This document shows positions 47,916 to 57,316 of a stretch of DNA of 57,396 bases, in pieces; within the stretch, counting starts at the first letter, position 1, and every line of letters starts with the position of its first letter. A model generated the notes under the pieces. That model saw only the letters and a list, made by a program, of their open reading frames with translations, had not been told where the DNA came from and did no database searches. Position numbers and translations under genes: made by a program. Origin of the DNA: Spirillospora sp. (lineage in GTDB: Bacteria; Actinomycetota; Actinomycetes; Streptosporangiales; Streptosporangiaceae); contig DATCLF010000105.1 of NCBI GenBank assembly GCA_036564055.1, forward strand, positions 1 to 57,396, written 5' to 3'.

Positions 47916-49142
47916 ATGCAGAGGGTCATCGTCGTGGGCGGAGGGCTGGCGGGCGCGCGCGCCGCGGAGGCCCTGCGGAGCAAGGGGTACGAGGGCGCGC
48001 TGACGATGCTCTCGGCCGAGCGGCACCGGCCCTACGACCGGCCGCCGCTGTCCAAGGCCGTCCTCGCCGGCGACAGCGACGACACGACGGTCGACACCGA
48101 CTGGGACGCCCTGCGCTGCGACCTGCTGCTCGGGGAGCGCGCCACCGGGCTGCGCCTGGACGCGCCGGGCCGCGGCGGCGTCGTCGCGTCCACGGCGGGC
48201 GACCTCCCCTTCGACGGGCTGGTCATCGCGACCGGCGCCACCCCGATCACCCTGCCGGGCGACGGACGCCAGCACGTCCTGCGCACCATCGACGACGCGC
48301 GCGAACTGCGGTCCCTGCTCACGGCCGGCACCCGGGTCGTCATCGTCGGCGCGGGCTGGATCGGCGCCGAGGTCGCCACGGCCGCCGCCGCGAAGGGCTG
48401 CGCCGTGACCGTCGTCGAGGCCGCCGACACGCCCCTCGCGGCCGCGATCGGCCCGGAGGCCGGCGCCCTCACCGCGCCCTGGTACGCCGAGGCGGGCGTC
48501 GAGCTGCGCACCGGCGTGAAGGTGGCGGAGGTGCGCGACGGCGGGCTCGCCCTGGCGGGCGGCGGCGTGATCGACGCCGACGTGGTCGTCACCGGCATCG
48601 GCGTCCGGCCCGAGGTGGGGTGGCTCGCCGGCTCGGGGCTCCTCGTGGAGCGCGGGGTGGTCACCGACGGTTCGTTCCGCGCCCTCCAGGACGAGCAGGG
48701 CGGGGACGGGTCCGGGTCGGCGCGGCCCGACGTGGTGGCGGTCGGCGACTGCGCCTTCTGGTGGTCGGCGCGGTACGGCCGGCGGCTTCTCGTCGAGCAC
48801 TGGGACACCGCGCTCAACGCGCCCGAGGTCGCCGCCGCGGCCCTCCTCGGGCAGGACGCCGTCTACGACGCCGTCCCGTACTTCTGGTCCGAGCAGTTCG
48901 GGCGCATGGTGCAGTACGCGGGCAGCCACGCCGCGTCGGAGCGGCTCGTGCGCCGCGGTGACCCCGCCGACCGCGCGTGGGCGCTGGTGTGGCTGACCGG
49001 CGACCGGCTCGACGCGATCCTCACCGTGAACCGTCCCCGCGACCTGGTGCAGGCACGGCGGGTCATCGCCGCCGGGACGCCCGTCGACCCGGACGCGGTC
49101 GCCGACCCCGCGACGCCGGTCAGGCAGGCCGTTCGCCGATAG
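47916..49142 (+). CDS. NAD(P)/FAD-dependent oxidoreductase (ferredoxin reductase-like)
   Basis: VGGGLAG, YDRPPLSK, VGAGWIGAE, AVGD, PYFWSEQ. Confidence 0.92.
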   Translation: MQRVIVVGGGLAGARAAEALRSKGYEGALTMLSAERHRPYDRPPLSKAVLAGDSDDTTVDTDWDALRCDLLLGERATGLRLDAPGRGGVVASTAGDLPFDGLVIATGATPITLPGDGRQHVLRTIDDARELRSLLTAGTRVVIVGAGWIGAEVATAAAAKGCAVTVVEAADTPLAAAIGPEAGALTAPWYAEAGVELRTGVKVAEVRDGGLALAGGGVIDADVVVTGIGVRPEVGWLAGSGLLVERGVVTDGSFRALQDEQGGDGSGSARPDVVAVGDCAFWWSARYGRRLLVEHWDTALNAPEVAAAALLGQDAVYDAVPYFWSEQFGRMVQYAGSHAASERLVRRGDPADRAWALVWLTGDRLDAILTVNRPRDLVQARRVIAAGTPVDPDAVADPATPVRQAVRR

Positions 49143-49211
49143 CGATCGGCGCCGGAACGTTCCGATTGCGCAGGGGGTTTGACGCTTCCGAAGGAGTGGT
49201 AGCAAGGGGGC

Positions 49212-49595
49212 GTGACGCAGATGCACACCACCGTTGACAGCGCACTCGACCCCCGGACCGAGGCTCTGGCGGGGGACTGGCTCTCCTTGAAGGAGGCCGC
49301 CGAACGGCTCGGCATCAAGCCCAACCGGATCAAGCAGCTCATCAGCGAGCACAAGCTCGTCGCGGTGCGCAAGGACGGCGTCCCCGTGGTGCCCGCCGCC
49401 TTCATCAAGGACGGCCAGGTCATCAAAGGGCTGCCCGGCACCCTGACGCTGCTGTCGGACGCGGGCTACGACGAGGTCGAGGCGATCCGCTGGCTGTTCA
49501 CCGCCGACGACAGCCTCCCGGGAACGCCCGTGCAGGCGCTCACCGAGAACCGGGGGACCGAGGTCCGCCGCAGAGCCCAGGCCCTGGCCTTCTAG
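49212..49595 (+). CDS. Rv2175c-family DNA-binding protein
   Basis: WLSLKEAAERLG HTH; GLPGTLTLLSDAG...EVRRRAQALAF. Confidence 0.85.
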   Translation: MTQMHTTVDSALDPRTEALAGDWLSLKEAAERLGIKPNRIKQLISEHKLVAVRKDGVPVVPAAFIKDGQVIKGLPGTLTLLSDAGYDEVEAIRWLFTADDSLPGTPVQALTENRGTEVRRRAQALAF

Positions 49596-49757
49596 ACCGG
49601 AACCCCGGGCCCGCAGACCGGAGAAGAAACCGACAACGACGCACGTGACACGATCGCGGGGTGCGCGGCGGGACGTGACCGCGATGCGCACCCCGCGATC
49701 CGCATGCCGCGGCCCGCGCGGCGCATCCCGACGGACCACGAAAGGAACGGCCTCCCC

Positions 49758-50444
49758 GTGTCCAGGCATCTTCCCTCCGAACGCGCCGTCGCTTTGCGCG
49801 CCCGCCTCAGCCGGGCCCGCCTGTACCTGTGCACCGACGCGCGGGAACGGCAGGGGGACCTGCCCGCCTTCCTGGACGCGGTGCTCGCAGGCGGCGTCGA
49901 CATCGTCCAGCTCCGCCAGAAGGGCCTGGAGGCGCGGCAGGAGATGGAGTACCTGGAGGTCTTCCGGGCGGCCTGCGACCGGCACGGGGCGCTGCTCGCC
50001 GTGAACGACCGCGCCGACATCGCGCACGCCGTCCGCGCGGACGTCCTGCACCTCGGGCAGGACGACCTGCCGGTCGCCGCCGCCCGCGAGATCGTCGGCG
50101 GCGACATGCTGATCGGCCGGTCCACGCACTCCGGAGAGCAGGCGTCCGCCGCCGCCACCGAGCCCGGCGTCGACTACTTCTGCGCGGGCCCGGTGTGGCC
50201 GACGCCGACCAAGCCGGGACGGCCGGCGCCCGGCCCGAAGCTGCTGGAGTACGTCGCGGCGCAGCGCGTGGCGCGGCCGTGGTTCGCGATCGGCGGGATC
50301 GACCCCGGCAACCTCGACGAGGTGCTGGCGGCGGGCGCGACCCGCGTCGTGGTGGTCCGCGCGATCACCGAGGCGGATGACCCGGGCGCCGCCGCGGCCG
50401 AGCTCGCCCGCCGGCTGGCCGACCGGCCGGTCTCGTCCGATTGA
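49758..50444 (+). CDS. thiE: thiamine-phosphate synthase
   Basis: VQLRQK, VND, HLGQDD, GRSTH, TPTK, AIGGI. Confidence 0.94.
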   Translation: MSRHLPSERAVALRARLSRARLYLCTDARERQGDLPAFLDAVLAGGVDIVQLRQKGLEARQEMEYLEVFRAACDRHGALLAVNDRADIAHAVRADVLHLGQDDLPVAAAREIVGGDMLIGRSTHSGEQASAAATEPGVDYFCAGPVWPTPTKPGRPAPGPKLLEYVAAQRVARPWFAIGGIDPGNLDEVLAAGATRVVVVRAITEADDPGAAAAELARRLADRPVSSD

Positions 50445-50491
50445 TCCGGATCACGATGCGGGACCCGGAGGGATCGCCCACAATGGAGATC

Positions 50492-50647
50492 ATGAGTGTG
50501 GGACCCGACGACGAGCGGCCGGTGGAACTGGACGACGAGCTGGTGATCCTGCCCGACCAGACGACCGACGACACCGACACCGGGTGGGGGCAGTGGGGCG
50601 GTGACGACGACTCCCGCCTTCTGGAGGAGCGTCCCCCGCACTGGTGA
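50492..50647 (+). CDS. small acidic hypothetical protein
   Basis: GGAG RBS; 51 aa, LPDQTTDDTDTGWG...RLLEERPPHW; high GC3. Confidence 0.65.
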   Translation: MSVGPDDERPVELDDELVILPDQTTDDTDTGWGQWGGDDDSRLLEERPPHW

Positions 50648-50704
50648 TCCGGCCCGCACTGGTGATCCGGGCGCTCGTGATCTGAGCGCCGTGCGACCCC
50701 GGCG

Positions 50705-51538
50705 CTAGTAGAGCATCCCGATGACGAAGCCGCAGACGACGACGATCGCGAGCGCGACCATCATGCGCCACCGGTAGCGCGGGATCCGGGTCGGGCGTGG
50801 TTTCGGCATCGGCCCCTGCCCTTCGCGTAGCGCCCGGACGATCTGCCGGGCCGTCGGCCGGGCGGCGGGGTTCTTGTCCAGGCAGCGCGCCACGAGGTCG
50901 CGCAGCGGGCCCGTCATGTCGCCGAGGTCGGGCGGGCGGGACGTGATGCGCCGCGCGACGTCCCCCGCGGGGGCGGTGCCGAACGGCGGGCGTCCCGTCG
51001 CCGCGAACACCATCGTCGCGCCCCACGCGAACACGTCCGTGGGCCGCCCGACGGGCTCGTCCTCGATCTGCTCGGGCGCCATGTACGCGAGGACGCCCGT
51101 CCGCGCCGCCCGCCCGCCCGGACCGGCGGACGGCCCGCCGGTGGCGTGGGCGAGACCGAAGTCGACCACCTTGGCGCCGTCCGGGCCGAGCAGCACGTTG
51201 GCGGGCCTGAAGTCGCCGTGCACCGTTCCGGCGCGATGGATCGCGGCCAGCGCCGCCGCCGTCCTCAGCGCGACCCGGCGCAGCTGCGGCTCCGGCAGCG
51301 GTCCGCGTTCCTCGACGACGTCCTGCAGCCGGGGACCCTCGGCGTCCGCGCCGGCGACGTGCCGGAACCGCGGGCCTGCGGCGGTGTCGTCGCCGTTTCC
51401 GGCGCGGGACGCGGCGGGACGAGCCGTGCCCGCGCGTCCGGGCAGACCGGCGTGCCCCTGGCCGGACCGTGCGGAGCGGGCGGTGGCGGGACGCGCGTGA
51501 GGGGGGCTCGTCCTCCCGCGGGAGGTGTCGTGCGGCAC
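50705..51538 (-). CDS. N-lobe-less Ser/Thr kinase-like membrane protein
   Basis: HGDFRPANVLL, DFG, YMAPE, DVFAWG and a C-terminal TM are present; no Gly-rich loop or VAxK lysine. Confidence 0.65.
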   Translation of the reverse strand: MPHDTSRGRTSPPHARPATARSARSGQGHAGLPGRAGTARPAASRAGNGDDTAAGPRFRHVAGADAEGPRLQDVVEERGPLPEPQLRRVALRTAAALAAIHRAGTVHGDFRPANVLLGPDGAKVVDFGLAHATGGPSAGPGGRAARTGVLAYMAPEQIEDEPVGRPTDVFAWGATMVFAATGRPPFGTAPAGDVARRITSRPPDLGDMTGPLRDLVARCLDKNPAARPTARQIVRALREGQGPMPKPRPTRIPRYRWRMMVALAIVVVCGFVIGMLY

Positions 51539-51685
51539 TGGGGGGACTCCGGCTCGGCGGGGACGGACGAAGATTTCCTCATTTGTACCGCGTAACCGGG
51601 GGGTAGGGCAGCGGAACAGGGATTCTTCCGCGTACCGGTACGATCCGAGCGCCGGTGTCCGGACGCCCGTCGCGCCAGGCGCGCG

Positions 51686-52738
51686 TCACATGCTCCGCGT
51701 GGTGGCCGCGACCGCGAGTTCCGCGAGGGCGTCGCGGGCCTCCTCGGCGATGGGAGCGGACTCCAGTGCCCGTTCCGCCTCGGCCTGGTAGTGCTCGATC
51801 ATCTTCTCGCAGGCGCTCAGCCCGCCGGTCTCCTCGATGATGGCGCGCAGCTCGTCCACCCCGGCGGCGTCGAGGTCGGGGTCGCCGAGGCGGCGGTGCA
51901 GCGCCTTGGCCTGCGCGTCCGACGCGCGCTCCAGGGTGAGGGCGACCAGGACGGTCCGCTTGCCCTCGCGCAGGTCGTCGCCGGCGGGCTTGCCGGTCTC
52001 GGCCGGGTTGCCGAAGACGCCGAGGATGTCGTCGCGGAGCTGGAAGGCGACGCCGAGCGGCAGGCCGTATCCGGTGAGCGCGGCGACCACGTCCGGACGG
52101 GCCCCGGCGAGGGCGGCGCCGAGATGCAGGGGACGCTCGATCGTGTACTTGGCGCTCTTGTACTCCACCACGCGCAGCGCCGTGGCGACGGCGGCCTCGC
52201 CGCGGGTGCCCTCCAGCATGTCGAGGTACTGGCCGCACATGACCTCGGTGCGCATCAGGTCGTAGACCGCCCGGCCGCGTCGCCTGCTCGCGTCGTCCAG
52301 CCCGCAGGACTCGAACATCTCGCCCGACCAGGCCAGGCACAGGTCGCCGAGCAGGATCGCCGACCCGGCGCCGAACGTCTCACCGTCGCCGGGCCAGCCG
52401 TTGGCGTGGTGCAGCGCCTCGAACCTGCGGTGGACGGACGGCTGGCCGCGCCGGGTGTCGCTGCAGTCCATGACGTCGTCGTGGATCAGCGCGCTGGCCT
52501 GCAGCAGTTCCAGGGACGCGGCGGCGCCCACGATTCCGGGGCCGTCCTCGCGGCCCGAGGCGCGCCATCCCCAGTAGCAGAACGCGGGGCGGAGCCGCTT
52601 GCCGCCGCTCAGCAGGGACTCCAGCGCGGACAGCATGGGGGCGAGGTCGTCGCTGATGGCGAGGAGGGCGGGGCGCTGCCGGTCGACGAAGGCCAGGAGC
52701 GCCTCGTCGACCTCCTTGCGGATGCGGCGGGTCGGCAT
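51686..52738 (-). CDS. polyprenyl (GGPP-type) diphosphate synthase
   Basis: GGKRLRP, IHDDVMD..RRG, GQYLD, FQLRDDILG, DDLREGK. Confidence 0.92.
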   Translation of the reverse strand: MPTRRIRKEVDEALLAFVDRQRPALLAISDDLAPMLSALESLLSGGKRLRPAFCYWGWRASGREDGPGIVGAAASLELLQASALIHDDVMDCSDTRRGQPSVHRRFEALHHANGWPGDGETFGAGSAILLGDLCLAWSGEMFESCGLDDASRRRGRAVYDLMRTEVMCGQYLDMLEGTRGEAAVATALRVVEYKSAKYTIERPLHLGAALAGARPDVVAALTGYGLPLGVAFQLRDDILGVFGNPAETGKPAGDDLREGKRTVLVALTLERASDAQAKALHRRLGDPDLDAAGVDELRAIIEETGGLSACEKMIEHYQAEAERALESAPIAEEARDALAELAVAATTRSM

Positions 52739-52887
52739 GTCGAGATCGTATCCACCTGGGCGGATTCCACCGCCCACCACAAACGTGAGAGGACACTGAA
52801 TTGGGGGAAATATGGACATAACGGTAGGGGATTGTGCCGAGAATCACCCGAAACGGAAGGCGACCCGAGCTTCTGTAGGCTGAGGGG

Positions 52888-53823
52888 ATGCGACGCTTGC
52901 GCCCGAACAGACCCCCGACCGTCCGAGAGCTGCTGGCCTCGGGCGGCAGGTCGTTCTCGTTCGAGTTCTTTCCCCCGAAGACCGAGAAAGGCGCGCTGAA
53001 CCTCTGGCGCACCATTCGCGAGCTGGAGTCCCTGCAGCCGACGTTCGTCTCGGTGACCTACGGCGCCGGCGGCAGCACCCGGGACAAGACCGTCGACATC
53101 GTCGAGCGCATCGCCACCGACACCACCCTCACCCCCGTCGCGCACTTCACCGCGGTCAACCACTCCCAGGCCGAGCTGCGCCACCTGATCGGCAGGTTCG
53201 CCGCCGCCGGCGTGCGCAACGTCCTCGCGCTGCGCGGCGATCCTCCCGGCGACCCGATGGGGGAGTGGGTCAAGCACCCCGACGGCGTCGAGTACGCCGC
53301 CGACCTCGTGCGCATGATCCGCTCCTACGGCGACTTCTGCGTCGGGGTGGCCGCCTTCCCCTACAAGCACCCGCGCTCGCCCGACGTCGAGAGCGACACC
53401 CGGTACTTCGTCGAGAAGTGCCGCGCCGGCGCCGACTACGCCATCACGCAGATGTTCTTCCGCGCCGAGGACTACTTCCGGCTCCGCGACCGCGTCGAGG
53501 CGGCGGGCTGCGACGTGCCGATCCTGCCGGGCATCATGCCGGTCACCCAGATGAGCACGATCGAGCGGTCCGAGCAGCTGTCGGGGGCGCCGTTCCCGCC
53601 CGAGGTCAGGGCCCGGTTCGACGCCGTCGCCGACGACCCCGAGGCGGTGCGCCGCCTCGGCATCGAGCACGCCGCCGAGCTGTGCCGGGAGCTGCTCGAC
53701 CAGGACGCGCCCGGCATCCACTTCATCACGTTCAACAAGTCGACCGCGACGCGGGAGGTCTACGGCCTCCTGGACGCCGCCTCGTACGGCGGCAGGGGAA
53801 GCGCCCCGCCCATGACCGCGTAG
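52888..53823 (+). CDS. metF: methylenetetrahydrofolate reductase
   Basis: SFEFFPPK, VTYGAGG, LALRGD, ITQMFF, IHFITFN. Confidence 0.95.
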   Translation: MRRLRPNRPPTVRELLASGGRSFSFEFFPPKTEKGALNLWRTIRELESLQPTFVSVTYGAGGSTRDKTVDIVERIATDTTLTPVAHFTAVNHSQAELRHLIGRFAAAGVRNVLALRGDPPGDPMGEWVKHPDGVEYAADLVRMIRSYGDFCVGVAAFPYKHPRSPDVESDTRYFVEKCRAGADYAITQMFFRAEDYFRLRDRVEAAGCDVPILPGIMPVTQMSTIERSEQLSGAPFPPEVRARFDAVADDPEAVRRLGIEHAAELCRELLDQDAPGIHFITFNKSTATREVYGLLDAASYGGRGSAPPMTA

Positions 53824-54362
53824 CGCGGGCCTCCGCCGGGGAACTCGAAGTCCGTGAGCAGGTCGACCATGCCGACCGAGCGGTAGAGGGTGCGGGCCGG
53901 CGTGTCGGGACGCTTGTCCAGCGTCGACAGCACGACGGTCCGCTCCCGGCGGCCCTCGCACAGCGCGCCGAGCAGCCCCCGGCCGAGGCCCCGGCCCTGG
54001 TAGTCCGGGTGGACGTGCAGCTCGGCCACCTCGAAGGCGTCCTCCAGCCACGCCTTGGCGTGCTCGGGGCCTTCGCGGGCGCACAGCGCCTGGTAGACGA
54101 CGTCGTGCCACCACTGGCCGCGGGCGCCGTGGAAGCCGTACGCGAAGCCGTGGATCGAGGGCGGCAGCATCGGCAGCGGCGCCCGCCGCTCGGCGACGAA
54201 CGCCCGGAAGCCGGTGTAGGTCGCGTGCCGCTCCATGATGGTGTGACGCCCCGGGAGCTGCTCGCTGGGCGGCCGCATCGCCGCCGCGTACACCTCCAGC
54301 AACGGGTTGAGCCTGCGGAGAAAGGCGCGTTCGTCGATCTCGCGCAGCTTCACGTCCCTCAC
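53760..54362 (-). CDS. GNAT family N-acetyltransferase
   Basis: ELHVHPDYQGRGLGR motif A; ARTLYRSVG. Confidence 0.85.
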   Translation of the reverse strand: MRDVKLREIDERAFLRRLNPLLEVYAAAMRPPSEQLPGRHTIMERHATYTGFRAFVAERRAPLPMLPPSIHGFAYGFHGARGQWWHDVVYQALCAREGPEHAKAWLEDAFEVAELHVHPDYQGRGLGRGLLGALCEGRRERTVVLSTLDKRPDTPARTLYRSVGMVDLLTDFEFPGGGPRYAVMGGALPLPPYEAASRRP

Positions 54363-54477
54363 GCGACAGAGACTAGACCCGGGGACGTCCCGCCGGGAGG
54401 CGGACGATCGTCCCGCTCCCGGCGGACACGCCCCCCGGGGCCCGGCTCTCGCCGCCCGCGGGAACCCCGCGTCCGCG

Positions 54478-54828
54478 TCACCCGCCCTCGACGACCCTGC
54501 GGATCGACTCCTCGTCGCGCGCCACGACGGCGGAGTCGCCCGTCAGCACGATGGGACGCTGGATCAGCACCGGGTTCGCCACCATGATCTCGATCCAGCG
54601 GGCGCGGTCCCGTTCGAGGTTCTTCAGCCCCAGCTCCTTGGCGACGGGCTCGTTGAGGCGCGCCACGTCCCACGGCTCGGCGCCGATCCGGGTGAGCACC
54701 GCGTCGAGCTCCTCCGCCGTGGGCGGATCGTCCAGGTAACGGCGCTCGGTGTACTCCACGCCGGCCTCGTCCAGCGCGGCCTTCGCGGCCCGGCTCTTCG
54801 AGCAGCGCGGGTTGTGCCAGATCTCCAT
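54478..54828 (-). CDS. ArsC/Spx family protein
   Basis: WHNPRCSKSR and LIQRPI motifs. Confidence 0.9.
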   Translation of the reverse strand: MEIWHNPRCSKSRAAKAALDEAGVEYTERRYLDDPPTAEELDAVLTRIGAEPWDVARLNEPVAKELGLKNLERDRARWIEIMVANPVLIQRPIVLTGDSAVVARDEESIRRVVEGG

Positions 54829-54899
54829 GGGGGGAGGCTAGCCGATGCGACCCGGCCCCCACCTGGGCGCGGGGTCCCACCCGGGCGCGTGCCCGCAGG

Positions 54900-55364
54900 T
54901 CACTCCACCTCGACGGGGGTTCCGTCGGTGATCTTGAGCAGTTCCTCGAACGAGGTGGGGAACACGGCGTTCGGGTGGCCGGCCGCCGCCCAGACCCGCT
55001 CGTAGCGGTCGAGCCACACGTCCACCAGCGTGCGGATCGGCGCCGGGTGCCCGACCGGAGCGACACCCCCGATCGGCTGCCCCGTCGCCTCCCGGACGAA
55101 CGGCGCCGTCGCCCGCCGCACCTTCGTCACCCCGGCCGGCGCGGCGATCTTGTCGGTGTCGACGCGGTGCGCGCCGCTCGTCATCACCAGCAGCGGCGAC
55201 CCGTCGGCCTCGAACACCAGGCTGTTGGCGATCGCCCCCACCTCGCAGCCGAGCTGCTCCGCGGCGGCCTTGGCCGTCGGCGCGGGCTCGGGCAGTTCGA
55301 TGATGTTTCCGGCGGCCCCCTTGTCGCGCAGAGCCTTGGCGACACGTTCGACGTTCGGATGCAT
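54900..55364 (-). CDS. YbaK/EbsC family aminoacyl-tRNA deacylase-like protein
   Basis: TAKAAAEQLGC...IANSLVF, TGQPIGGVAPVGH, WAAAG. Confidence 0.9.
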   Translation of the reverse strand: MHPNVERVAKALRDKGAAGNIIELPEPAPTAKAAAEQLGCEVGAIANSLVFEADGSPLLVMTSGAHRVDTDKIAAPAGVTKVRRATAPFVREATGQPIGGVAPVGHPAPIRTLVDVWLDRYERVWAAAGHPNAVFPTSFEELLKITDGTPVEVE

Positions 55365-55387
55365 GGGAAGCACTTTAGGCTCGGCGC

Positions 55388-56173
55388 ATGCGAGGGAGAC
55401 CGATCGGCATGGGCGCGAGCGCGGTCCCGCTGGCCGCCGCCGTCCTCCTGACGGGCTGCAACGGGACCGAGGAGGCGGCGCCTCCGCCGCCGAAGACCAC
55501 ACCGTCCGCTTCACCGACGTCACCGACCCCCACACCGACCCCCACACGGCGCCGCAGGCTCAAGCCCGGGGCGAAGGGGCCGGACGTCAAGGAGCTTCAG
55601 CGGCGCCTCAAGGAGCTTCACTATGACCCGGGCAAGATAGACGGGAAGTACGGGGCGTCCACCGAGATGGCGGTCTGGGCGTTCCAGGCCGTCAACCGCA
55701 TGAAGAAGAAGAGCACCATCGGCGCGTCGTTCTGGAAGGCCCTGGACGATCCGAAGCGGCCGCGTCCGGTCGCCAAGAAGCGTGAGAAGGAACGCGTGGA
55801 CGTGGACCTGAAGCGTCAGTACCTCGTCCTCTACAAGAACGGCGAACCGCGGCTGATCTCGCACATCTCGTCGGGGTCGGGGGAGTACTACTGCGCGAAG
55901 GACCGCGGGGCCACGGTTCCCCGGTGCCGGTACGCGACGACCGGCACGGGCGACTTCCGGACCGGACGCCGTTTCGCGGGCTGGGAGACCTCCCCTCTCG
56001 GACGCCTCTACAACCCGATCTACTTCAACGGCGGCATCGCCTTCCACGGCGCCCTGAGCGTGCCGAAGTACCCCGCCTCGCACGGCTGCGTCCGGATGCC
56101 GATGCACATCGCCGAGTACTTCCCGGACCTCGTCGGAACCGGCGTCCCCGTCCACGTCAGGCGGCCCCGCTAG
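55388..56173 (+). CDS. L,D-transpeptidase lipoprotein with peptidoglycan-binding domain
   Basis: Lipobox LLTG-C; VKELQRRL...DGKYG...AFQ PG-binding domain; AFHG...PASHGCVR YkuD motif. Confidence 0.9.
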   Translation: MRGRPIGMGASAVPLAAAVLLTGCNGTEEAAPPPPKTTPSASPTSPTPTPTPTRRRRLKPGAKGPDVKELQRRLKELHYDPGKIDGKYGASTEMAVWAFQAVNRMKKKSTIGASFWKALDDPKRPRPVAKKREKERVDVDLKRQYLVLYKNGEPRLISHISSGSGEYYCAKDRGATVPRCRYATTGTGDFRTGRRFAGWETSPLGRLYNPIYFNGGIAFHGALSVPKYPASHGCVRMPMHIAEYFPDLVGTGVPVHVRRPR

Positions 56174-56337
56174 GGCTTCGCGGAAGCCGGCGGAGACTGC
56201 CGTACCCCGCCGCCGCCCTTGTCTCGTCGTGGTCTCGTCGTGGTCTCATCGCGCCGTCAGGCCCGCTGACCTGCGGCGAGCGACACCCATTCGAACACGT
56301 TGACGAAACGCCGTCAGGGCGGTTTACTGGTCGTGCG

Positions 56338-56353
56338 TCGAACTTATGTTCGA
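56338..56353. promoter_or_regulatory. LexA SOS box
   Basis: Perfect TCGAAC-TTAT-GTTCGA, just downstream of a TTGACG-N17-TTTACT promoter. Confidence 0.85.
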
Positions 56354-56486
56354 CGTGGTGCGGGACTCGCGGCCCGCGCCAGGGCGACGTCCCCGCCGAT
56401 CGCGGTGTGTCGGCGGGGGCGGACGGCCGGGCGGAGTGAGGGGAAGCACTCCGCCCGGCCGGCCCGAGCCCCGGAAGGAGGCAGAC

Positions 56487-56969
56487 ATGTCCGGAACGAT
56501 GACCGCCCGCGGCGTCCACTCCGCCGCCCAGTCCGTCCCGCCCCCGAGCCCGCGCCACCGTCCGATGCCCGCGCCGCGGCCCGCGCACACGGCCGTCGGC
56601 CAGCTGCACGCCGCCCGCATGGGCCTCGCCGAGGCGGCCGAGGCCACCTCACCCGCCGTCCGCTACGTCTGCGCGCACCTGGCCGCGCTGCGCGCCGCCG
56701 CCGCGGTGCTGGCCTCCAGGGAACCCCGGCAGGCCCACCGCCGCGGCCGGCCCCGCAGCGTCTGGGTGCTGCTGCCGGAGGCCGAGCCCGCACTGCGCGA
56801 ATGGGCCGCCTTCTTCGCCGCCGGCGCCGACAAGCGCGCCGCCGCGGAGGCGGGGCTGCCCCGCGCCGTCACCCCGCGCGAGGCGGAGGAGCTCCTCCAC
56901 GACGCCGAGGTCTTCGTCACCCTCGTCGAGGACACCCTCGGCATCGCGGGCCAGCCCACGTTGTCGTAG
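56487..56969 (+). CDS. SAV_6107-family HEPN domain protein
   Basis: RYVCAHLAALRAAAAVL...RPRSVWVLL...EWAAFFAAGA..RAAAEAG; GGAGG RBS. Confidence 0.82.
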   Translation: MSGTMTARGVHSAAQSVPPPSPRHRPMPAPRPAHTAVGQLHAARMGLAEAAEATSPAVRYVCAHLAALRAAAAVLASREPRQAHRRGRPRSVWVLLPEAEPALREWAAFFAAGADKRAAAEAGLPRAVTPREAEELLHDAEVFVTLVEDTLGIAGQPTLS

Positions 56970-57272
56970 CGTCCCGGCCCCGTGACGCAGCGGCCGGCGA
57001 CCGATCGCGCCGGCGGTGGCCGCAACCCCCTGGGCGGGCCCGCCGGCGCGATCCCGAGCCCGCTGCGTTCCGGGCCGCCCGGATCGCGTCCGCGTCATGT
57101 CGTGGACGTTGTCTTCACCCCGGCGGGGACTTCTCGCCGACCGACCCCCCGTGCCGGGCGGCGCGAGAGCGCGGAACGCCCGATGTGACATGCTCGGTGA
57201 CGGTCGGGCCAAGGAAGCGACCGTTGCCGTGTCCGTCCGCCCCCGTTCTGATTCCGCCGCCCATGTGAGATT

Positions 57273-57305
57273 GTTAGACAGTCGAACTAAGTACGACTGT
57301 CGAAC
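57273..57305. promoter_or_regulatory. inverted-repeat operator upstream of a transporter
   Basis: GTTAGACAGTCG-AACTAAGTA-CGACTGTCGAAC in an AT-richer promoter region. Confidence 0.55.
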
Positions 57306-57316
57306 CCGGGGAGGTC

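Noticed and set aside
56221-56251. 11-bp tandem GTCTCGTCGTG repeats
   Set aside because: About 2.5 copies and no assignable regulator; may be simple slippage.
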